This document shows positions 47,500 to 57,100 of a DNA stretch of 64,000 bases, piece after piece; the stretch's first letter is position 1; every line of letters begins with the position of its first letter. The DNA is taken from NCBI GenBank assembly GCA_001643675.2, contig LSRY02000012.1, positions 372,001-436,000 on the forward strand. The letters run 5' to 3'. The translations under genes and the position numbers were made by a program. The DNA comes from Monocercomonoides exilis PA203 (lineage: Eukaryota; Protista; Preaxostyla). Under the pieces are notes generated by a model. It saw only the letters and a list, made by a program, of their open reading frames with translations. It searched no databases and was not told where the DNA came from.

Positions 47500-50400
47500 T
47501 TACTTTTTTAGCATTGAAATGATTGTTGATACAAGAGTTACAAAAGGAAGGGTATCTCCATTCACTCGCGAGAAGTCAAATAAACAGCGACGAACACATT
47601 TTTTGTTCGTATTCTTCATTTCCTTTGCTTTTAATTCGTTTATTTCTTTTTCGCCTTTGTCATCATCTCCATTTTCTTCTTCTTCTTTCCTTTCGTTTTC
47701 GTTTTCGTTTTCTTCTTCGTCTTCTTCTTCTTCACTTTCATTGAGAGGAACAAGCATCAGATGAATGTCCATTTCAACATTATTCTGAGATGGTGGATGC
47801 AAATCAGAGTCATCATCATTCGATCCCTCGCTGCTTTCGCCCTTCACCTCATTTTCTCCTCTCCTCCCCCTTTTCCTTTGCCTCCCTCTTCCTCTCCTAA
47901 TCTTCACTGTTTTTTTTCCATTTGAATCATGCTTGAGATGGCAATGCACTCGATATGGCGTGACAAACCGCCAGATCAAGTCGAGCTTATCCAGCACGCG
48001 AAACAAGAGGCTCATTGCTTGTGGCGGAGACAGGTCCAGTTCAACACCCAGCATAAGCGAAGGCCAGCTGTCGTCAGGCGACATGGGAGGAGCAGTCACG
48101 TCGGTTGGCGTGTATCTGGTGGGAGTTAAGAGCGGAGTGTAAGGTTTTGTTGGGGTTGTGGAAGAAGAGGAGAAGAGGGAAGGAACAGTTGAGGAAGAGG
48201 ATGAAGAGGCATTTGTGTCGGTGGATGTTGTCATTGAAGAAAATGAAGTGTTTATTGCAGGAGATAAGGATGGAGCAAATGACGTGTCTGAGGAAGATGA
48301 CGATGAAGAGGAAGAGGAAGAAGATGAAGAAGATGAAGATGCATCTGGAGAAACGCGGTTGTTCAGAGCAAGAGGAACAGGAGAAGGAGTCTCCACAGGC
48401 GTAGGCATTGGGATAGGGAGAGATAGAGGAGAGCACTTTGGAGTTTTGCATGTCGGCTCTGAGGATGTAGCAGATGGAGGCAGACAGTCAGAAGGGATCA
48501 CAGGAAGAAGGGGAGACATGTTGGGTGCAGTGCTTCGTCCGGTTGAGTGATGTTTCGCTCTCTTCTGCAGCATCGACACATCCACTGTGCGGTTGCCTGA
48601 ACGCGACTCCTTCGCGCTCTCACAAACAGAAATCGGAGAAACTTTCTGACTTTCTGAATTGTCGGTTGCTGCTCGCCTGTGCTGCAGAAGGCGAGGAGGA
48701 TACATAAGCGGCTTGACAGCAGCCGAAGACGGTACAGTTGATGATGAGACAGGCTTCGTGCAGAGCCGCCCAATCGGAGGAGAGAACACTTCATTATTCA
48801 TCGCCCTGGGAGAGAAGGCATAAGAAGAGTCATTACTACTACTGCTGCTGCTACCACTTCCGCTGCCAGTTCTTGAGAATAGATACGTTTGTAGATGAGG
48901 AGACTTCGAAGGCGTGAGGGAGTATTGAGCAGGCGGTGGAGTCCTCAGAATGCCAGGCGAGCCCACAAACGAAGGCAACTGGGGAGGAACCAGCAGCGTC
49001 TCGTCTCTGTTTGCCAGAGTGCGAACAGCTTTGCGTGTTGACTTGGAGGATTGTGGAGTGGATGGCTGGGCAAGTGGAGAAAATACAGATGCATACGGAA
49101 GCGAAGCACATTTTGGAGAAAACATCAACTCTCTTTCGAGCGAAGAAGACAAAGAAGGAGACCTGGCAATAGGCTGAGGTGTGATAGACGCTTTTACATT
49201 GCACATGGCTGCAGAGAAAGCCGAAGAGGATGTTTCATTCCGAGCCATTTTCACTGCCTGCGAGTCGGAACACACAAGTGGCGAATCAGCAATGGATGAC
49301 ACAGCATACGATGATACCCCATCAAACTGTGTTCTGGTGCTTGATGCTTGTGAGATCTGTGATGTCTGCGATGCCTGTGATGCTGACTGCACAGACAGCG
49401 AAGGAGAATCGAAAGGCAGCATGTGCGGCGGAAGCGGGGCTGTGTCGACGCTCGTGGCCTGCTCCTCTTTCTCCCTCTGCTTCTCCATCAGCTGCTTTGG
49501 CAGAGGCAGCGGAGGCGTTGCACCCATCGGAGGTGTGAACAGCAGGCGGAACTGCGAGCGAGCAGACTGTTTTGAATAGCTTTTTTCGCTGGGTGGACTC
49601 CAATTCAGACTTCTGCCTACCCCGCTTCCAGCATCAGACGGAGAAAATGGAGATACAGATGGTGTTGTGAGGCTGTTATCTTCTGCTTTTCTGTGGCTAC
49701 TTCGGCTTCTGTGCCTGCGGGCAACAGCATCGTCTGTGGAGTGCTGGCGGTTTTCCTCCACGAACCCTTTCAGCACAATCCCTTCGAATTCTTTGATGCA
49801 TGTCCTCTCGTTTTCCTCTTCCCGTTTCTTTTCGTCGAAATCGCCTTTCTTCACATTCGAGCTTGCCACCATCTGCTGCTTCTGAGCTTGCTCCTCTTTC
49901 TCCTGAAACAGCCCGTACATCACTCCGGCTGGGGTGTCTTTGTCGTGCTTGCGAAATGCTGTTATCTCATCGATACATGTCTTGTGGCTGATGTGAAGTC
50001 TCCGGCAAATCTCATCGACAATGCTTCTATCAAGTTGCTCATCCTCGTGTGTACTATCTTTTTCTTTTTCAACACTTTCTGAATCCTCTTCCCGCTTTTC
50101 CTTTTTTAAATCAGCAAAAGTTATACCTCGATAAAATGGATGAACAACTGCTTTTTCTAGTGTTAATCTCTTTGACGGATCAACCGTTAGCATTGCCCAC
50201 AGGATATCCTTTGCCTCTGGAGATATCCATTCTGGCATCACAAATTGTCCTCGTTTGATCTTTTCAAATAGTACGGTTACAGACGCATCATCAAATGGAA
50301 GTCGCCCTACAAGCATTGCATATAATATCACTCCAATGCTCCATACGTCAACCTGCCTTCCACAATATTCTTTTCCTTCTATAACTTCTGGAGCTGCATA

Positions 50401-51000
50401 GTTTGGCGAGCCACAAGATGTTGAAAGAAAGTCTCCATCTCTCATCATATTGCTTAAGCCAAAGTCTGCAATTTTAATATTCCTCTGTGAATCAAGAAGC
50501 AAATTTTCAGGTTTAAGGTCTCGATGAATAACTCTATGTTTGTGGCAGTACATGACACCTGAAACAATCTGTTGAAAAAACTTCCGCGCCTCGTTTTCGT
50601 TGAGTCGACCTCGTTCGACAAGATAAGTAAAAAGGTCACCGTTCGGTACGTATTCCAAAATCATAAAAAGATTTCTCTCAGTTCCAATAACTTCGTATAA
50701 TTTAACAATATTTGGATGTGAAAACAACTTCATAATGCTAATTTCTCTTCTGATTTTTTCATCCATGTTTAGTGTTCTAACTTTCTGTCTATTAATAATT
50801 TTGACCGCAACTAAATGTCCAGTGATTTGATGCTGTGCAAGTTTCACTTTACCAAACGCTCCCTTTCCAAGAGTTTGCTTCAAGATGTAATTTCCAATTT
50901 TTATTTCCTTCCGTTGATGGCGTGAACTTAAAGAAGATTTCAACGAAGAATGTTTATTTTTATCAGGAGGAACAGGTTGATGAACAGAAGTTGCATTCAT
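47500..51000 (-). CDS. SNF1: SNF1/AMPK catalytic alpha subunit-like kinase
   Basis: Single ORF. LGKGAFGKVKLA, HRDLKPENLL, DFGLSNMMRDGDFLSTSCGSPNYAAPEV, UBA-like helix, Ser-rich linker, C-terminal KA1-like region ending LFDFSRVNGDTLPF. Confidence 0.93.
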   Translation of the reverse strand: MNATSVHQPVPPDKNKHSSLKSSLSSRHQRKEIKIGNYILKQTLGKGAFGKVKLAQHQITGHLVAVKIINRQKVRTLNMDEKIRREISIMKLFSHPNIVKLYEVIGTERNLFMILEYVPNGDLFTYLVERGRLNENEARKFFQQIVSGVMYCHKHRVIHRDLKPENLLLDSQRNIKIADFGLSNMMRDGDFLSTSCGSPNYAAPEVIEGKEYCGRQVDVWSIGVILYAMLVGRLPFDDASVTVLFEKIKRGQFVMPEWISPEAKDILWAMLTVDPSKRLTLEKAVVHPFYRGITFADLKKEKREEDSESVEKEKDSTHEDEQLDRSIVDEICRRLHISHKTCIDEITAFRKHDKDTPAGVMYGLFQEKEEQAQKQQMVASSNVKKGDFDEKKREEENERTCIKEFEGIVLKGFVEENRQHSTDDAVARRHRSRSSHRKAEDNSLTTPSVSPFSPSDAGSGVGRSLNWSPPSEKSYSKQSARSQFRLLFTPPMGATPPLPLPKQLMEKQREKEEQATSVDTAPLPPHMLPFDSPSLSVQSASQASQTSQISQASSTRTQFDGVSSYAVSSIADSPLVCSDSQAVKMARNETSSSAFSAAMCNVKASITPQPIARSPSLSSSLERELMFSPKCASLPYASVFSPLAQPSTPQSSKSTRKAVRTLANRDETLLVPPQLPSFVGSPGILRTPPPAQYSLTPSKSPHLQTYLFSRTGSGSGSSSSSSNDSSYAFSPRAMNNEVFSPPIGRLCTKPVSSSTVPSSAAVKPLMYPPRLLQHRRAATDNSESQKVSPISVCESAKESRSGNRTVDVSMLQKRAKHHSTGRSTAPNMSPLLPVIPSDCLPPSATSSEPTCKTPKCSPLSLPIPMPTPVETPSPVPLALNNRVSPDASSSSSSSSSSSSSSSSSDTSFAPSLSPAINTSFSSMTTSTDTNASSSSSSTVPSLFSSSSTTPTKPYTPLLTPTRYTPTDVTAPPMSPDDSWPSLMLGVELDLSPPQAMSLLFRVLDKLDLIWRFVTPYRVHCHLKHDSNGKKTVKIRRGRGRQRKRGRRGENEVKGESSEGSNDDDSDLHPPSQNNVEMDIHLMLVPLNESEEEEDEEENENENERKEEEENGDDDKGEKEINELKAKEMKNTNKKCVRRCLFDFSRVNGDTLPFVTLVSTIISMLKK

Positions 51001-51177
51001 TTAAGGAAAAGTTAACTCCAGGAAAAAGAAGTGTATTTCGACAAAGTGAAAAACCGGGAAAATGAAACGCAGGATTCATTGAATTTTTCCTCTTTTTCTT
51101 CCTGCAATAATTCTTGTTATGGAATAAGAAACCATAATAATTGTCTGTCAATTGACTTTATTTTATTTCATCCATAA

Positions 51178-54100
51178 ATGGACATAGAACAAGATTCAGA
51201 CAATGACCTCGTTGCTGAATCTGTTTATGAAACAAGAACTCCAACAGAAGGCTTAAATGATCATTCAACACGTGACGATAACATTTCTGACACAGATTCT
51301 TTATCAAGCCAAATTCATTACTCACCCTCTGCATCTTCGTTGATAAATGCAGAATCGCCTTATACAAAAGCAAAACGTTCAATTCGCTCTTTTTATCCAT
51401 ATCCTCGACAACGTAATATTGTTGGACAGCGACTACCAAAATCACATTCACTTTCATCTTTGCTTTTTGGAAAATCTGCAGAAAGCGAAGACTCTGAAGC
51501 GCGTGAATCGCCTTCAAACGTTGATGATTCGAGCGAAACAACGTCGCAATCGTCTGTTATACATTCTCCTTCAACAGGCACCATTCTTCATGTTGAAGAT
51601 CAGTCATTTTCTTATGATCCATGCGCTTATGATGAAGAATTCACAAGTAAATCCCTACAGCCAAATGACTTACGGAGGCTTTCGTCGGAACCAGATAATT
51701 ATCCACTTCGTTGCGATGACATGAATTCTCCAATTGATCTTGATGATTACATTGCAGATGATTCTGTTGACTGCTTTGATCGTCCGCCTCCTCAACAAGG
51801 GAAAAATAGAAATGAGTCTCAGGAACGAGCTGCAGCACAAACTCCTATTTTTTCTCTTGCAGACTTTGAAATAATCAAGCCCATCACTGCTGGTGCCTAT
51901 GGAAGGGTACTTTTGGTACGTCCTTCGCGGCAGCAGCGGTTTAGAAGGCACAAGGAGCAAGAGCAGCAGCAGCGAACAAGGTTGTATGCGATGAAAGTGC
52001 TGAAGCGCTCTTCGTTGACAGAAGCCAGGGTGCAAAAGAGAATCATTCTGGAGTATGAAATCACGGCCTCCCTGTCTGTAGAAGCGCGGACAGCCGAAGA
52101 AGGAGAGAAGAACGAGAACGACACACGAACCGACTATATCGTCCCTCTGGCGTGCTCATTCCAGACAGACGAGAACTTCTATCTGGTGAGCGACTACCAG
52201 CCTGGTGGGGACTTGTTCTCTCTCCTGGTGTCGATGGGGTATTTCGAAGAGTCAGTGGCAAAGCAGTACTTGACAGAGATCATAGTGGCTGTTGGGTTTC
52301 TGCACGGGCATGGCATCATCCATTGTGATCTGAAGCCAGACAACCTCCTCATTGGCGAGGACGGGCACTTGAGGCTGACAGACTTCGGGCTGTCGGTGCC
52401 AGCGTTCTGGAGGAATGTGCATGCGAGTGACTCGAATGAGGAAGGAAATGAGGAAGGGAATGGTGAAGGATGTGAAGGATGTGAAGAAAATGAGGGAAAC
52501 GAAGAATGTGAAGAATGCGAAGGGAATGATAACAATGATAACAATGATAACAATGAAGGGAATGAACAGGATGGGCAAGATGAGCAGGGCAAAACAAATG
52601 GACAGGAGGCAGAAGATGTGTGTGTGAATGGAGAAAGCGAAGGGGAACAAGAAGCAGCAAACGGGAATGTTTCAAAGGAAAGCACTCAGAGCATGGCGGA
52701 CAACGATGGAAACAACCAAAGCAATCAGATGATGATGAGCTGTGTGGACTCGACGGGGAATCTGATGCAGCCTAAAAGCAATTCTCTGTCACCAGCTCAT
52801 TCTGTGCATCCTACAGCTGTTACACAAGCTGCTTCTGTGATTTCTTCACCTTCTTCACCAAAAGAACTTTCGTCATCATCATCTTCTTCTTCTTCCTCCT
52901 CTTCTTCCTCTTCTTCACCCGGCATCATCATAAGCAATAATAACAATGCCATAAGTCTTACACTCACTCCGGAGACTGCAGTCAACTTCAATGTGCTCAG
53001 GCCAGTTGAGCCATCTGGCAATGGAAGTCCTTCTTCTCAACAGTCCATTCAAACAGCCACTCAGCAAAGTGCAGATGAACTGCAAGTGGCTCAATCGTCA
53101 TCACAAACGCAAACACCATCACAACTTCAGTCACATCACCAGGAAACCTCTCTTCTTCCTTCTCTGTCACATTCACCTTCACTTCAACGCTCTCCATCTC
53201 CATCTCAACGGGCACCTCCTCCTCCTCCTCCTCTTTCTCCCGCCCTTCCTCTTCCTCTCCCTCTCCCTCTCTCCCCTTCTTCCCCTTCTTCCCCTTCTCC
53301 CCAATCACAATCACATTCACATTCAATTCAATTGCAACCATCTCACTCCCAATCCCAGCCCCAACTACCTCCTCATCCACACCCTCTTCCACATCACCCT
53401 CCTCTCCCTCCTCCACTTCACATCTCCCCCCTCTCCTCTCCCTCCGACACCCACCAAAAGGCCCGCAGCCCACCAGCACTCGTCACATACGCCCCTTCCC
53501 CCATCCACACCAACTCCTCCTTGTTCTTCAACCCTCCCTCTGCCTCGCCTTGTCTTCGGCGCCGTTCGCCTCCTCCGCAATGCAGGCAGTCTGCCACCTC
53601 CCCATCTCCCCTCACCCGCTCCTCTTCTCTTTCCACCCCTTCCTCGTGCTCCACCGCCCTCATCTCCCCTTCCTCCAGCCAGAACATCTCAATCTCCCCT
53701 CTTGTCTCCTCTCCCTCTCAGTCCTCCCACTCTTCTCAGAAGAAGCGCACCCTCTTGTCTGCAGTGACTGGCGGAGACAAAATCTCTTCTGCTGTTTCTG
53801 AGCTCAATTCTCCAAACTTTGTCGAGTTCACATTCGACTCCAGCCCGTCCACCCCTCACTCCGCTCAGTCAAGAACAAGAGTGAATTCACTGGCATCGTC
53901 TTTGTCTGGAAGCACTTCTCTGAATATATCCAACCCTTCTGCTTCTATTTCGTCGTCTTCTTCGTGTTCTGGTTTCCATCGAACGAAAAGCTCTTCATCA
54001 TCTTCCTCTTCCTCTTCTTCATCTTCTTCTACTTCTTCAACATCTTCATTGGCATCCTCACTCGACATTGACAAATGCTCCAGCCACGACTGCTCCACAT

Positions 54101-57100
54101 CCACAAGTAGCATCAGCAGCATCAGCAATAACAGCAACAACAGTCATAACAGCACAGCTCGTTCTCACTTTGAGCGCAGCAAATCATTAAGCCGTCCTTC
54201 GACTGCTGCTTCTTCTTCTTCTGTTTCTGCTATTGCTACTGCCACCACAAATAATGTGTTATCCACTCCATTGGGATTCACCCCAAAGAACTCGACAGAC
54301 ACACTGGAGTTGTCGTGTGTGAACAAAACACCCACTCCACCGCCTCCAATTGCGATGGCTGTCTCTTCTGTCACACAGACACCTTCTTCTTCTTCTCCTC
54401 CTCCTCCTTTTTATTCCTCTTCTTCATCTTCTTCATCTTCTTCATCTACTTCCAGCCTAAACTCCAATTCCAACTCTAATTCTTCTGATTATCTTCTTCC
54501 TCTCTCCTCAAAGACTTCCAGCCAGCCATTTCAGTCTTCTTCTCTTTCAAGCGCTGTCTCCATCTGCTCTTCACCTTCTGCTTCATCTCCATCTCATTTT
54601 TCGTCTCCTTCCCTTTCTCCTTCTCCTCCTCCCTCCTCTTCCCCTTCGACTTCTCCTTCTTCATCACCTTCTCCTTCTCCCTCACCCTCTCCCTCTCCTT
54701 CTCCTTCTCCATCCACCTCCATCTCCCTCTCTGCCACCTACAGCACAACCAGCATCCCTCAGCGTTTCTCTCCCTCTCCTTCATTCAAAGAGCTCCCAGA
54801 CACAACAGAGCCAGCCTCCTTCTCTTCTCCTTTCTCCCAACATGAGCGCACCCCTCCTCCGCAGCTGCTCCCAGACTCCTTTTTGACTTCGTCGCAGGAC
54901 TCACAATTGTCACAAATATCCCATTCATCTCAGTCAACTCACTCATCTCGTTCATCACAGTCTGTTCATTCACAGGATCCTTCTGCTTCTCCCTCTGCTT
55001 CTCCTTCCTCATCTCCTCCTTCTCCTTGTCATTCTTCTTCTTCTCCTCCTTCTCCTCCTTCTCCTTCACCCTCCCACTCCTCCCACCAGTCCTCCCCCAT
55101 CCACATCGTAGGCACACCCGACTACATCGCCCCTGAAGTCATCACAAAAGGAGAAGAAGCAATGACCTTTGCCCTCGACTGGTGGGCTGTGGGCATCATC
55201 TTCTACGAAATGCTCACAGGAACCACGCCATTCAACGGCGCCACACGCGACGAGGTGTTCCAAAACATTCTTCATTCTGAAGTGGATTTCACAGCGCTGC
55301 CTGAAGAGACATCCGAAGAAGCTGTCAGCCTCATCCGCCAGCTGCTCCAGAAGGACCCTGCCAAGCGGCTGGGGACGATTGACATGACAGCCAACAACAT
55401 TGCCGACGAGATCGAAGAGAACAACAACTCAAAAGGTGTGCTTCCAGTCGATGTGGCTGGCAGCAAAGGGGCTGAGGCTGTGAAGCGGCATGCGTACTTC
55501 AGTGGAATTAACTGGAAGAGCGTGTATGAAGAGGAGCCTGTGTTCCAGCCGGTGATTGAGAGCGAGGAGGAGCTGACGAAGTACTTTGAGAACAGAGACG
55601 AGAGATTTCCGGTGAGGGCGATCAACACAGACGATGTGGACATGGACATGAAGAAGGCAAGAAGGGAGAGGGGGCAGCAGATGCTGGACGAGATTGCAGC
55701 AGAGATGCGGCAGACGAAGATGAAGCAGTGTGTTGGGAGAAGCCGAAAAGCGCAGAAGCAGAAGAGGAAGAAGAAGAGCTACGGGGTGAGAGGGAGAAGG
55801 AGAAGAAAAGTGAGGCGTTTTGTGCAGAGCGACACGACAGACGAGACGACAGAGCTGATGACGACCACAGAGCCTGTGGATCGCGTGCTTTCTCCGTTTT
55901 CTCCGGCGCCGCTGGGAAATTGTGGCAATTGTGGCAATTACAACACACTGAAAGTGGTCAGACACCATCCAGTGAGTCAGCAGATGGGCAAGACGTCTCC
56001 TTCGGCTGCTTCAAATGCAGCTGTTACGACTACTGCTGATAATAACAACAGCAACAATGGAAGCAGTGGCAGCTTGGAAGCACAAGGTGAACAAGCAAGT
56101 CCCAACACGAATACAAACATGAATACAAATGCAAACATAAATACAGTTTCTAGTTCAAATTCAAAGCGAACTCAATCCACAGCCACAGTTGAGTCGCCAC
56201 TCCACCAAGCCAACCCTCTTTCTGGATCATCTCTTATGCCACACAGCCAGTTCAGCCTGGCGAGGCAGCCTTCGATGCACGAGATTGTTATGCCATCGCC
56301 GTCACCTCCTCATCTTTCGCAGCAAAATCAACAGCAGAACATGCCGCAACAACAGCAGCAGCAACAACAAACTCTTCTTCCTCCTCCTTTTTCTTCGCAT
56401 GGAAGTTTGTCATTGCCATTTGGATCGATGGATGAGAACATCACAAAGGAGGCGAATGAGAAGAAAGTGCAGGGAGAGAGTCAGGAAATGAATGTGAGTG
56501 GCATCAATAGAAATGTTTCTGTAGGGAAAGAAAAGGGAGAGAAAGAGAAACAAGAAGAAAGAAATGAAGAAGAGGAGGAAGAAGAGGAAGAGGAGGAAGA
56601 AGAGGAGGATGAAGAGGAAGAATCAGAAGAAGAAGGAGAAGAGATGTCTGACTGGGAGCTGCTGGACGATGTGAGCACGAGCGAAACATCAACCGACACT
56701 GAAACATTCGAAATGGTTGATATGAAGCAATGCAAAGAGCCAGATAAACACGCAACAACTCCAACATCAGCATCAACAATAGCAGCAGCATCAACAACAA
56801 ACTCAGCATCAACTGCTTTTGCTTCTGCTTCTGCTTCTGCTTCTGCCACAACATCATCATCATCTTCTTCTTCTTCTTCAAAATCATCATCCAAGTCATC
56901 CCATCCCGCTGTTCCCGGTATGAAGCGCCGGCACTCCTTCTCCGAGATTGAAGAAGACCTGCAGGACTACAAGTTCATCATCACCAACGACCTGGGCTAC
57001 GACCGCACCACGCTGCGTCTCCCGTCTGTTGTGCGGCGGGAGCAGCTGGGCGCCTCTTCGCACCGCCCGCCGCTGGCCACGCTGAAGGCGCTGAAGAGCC

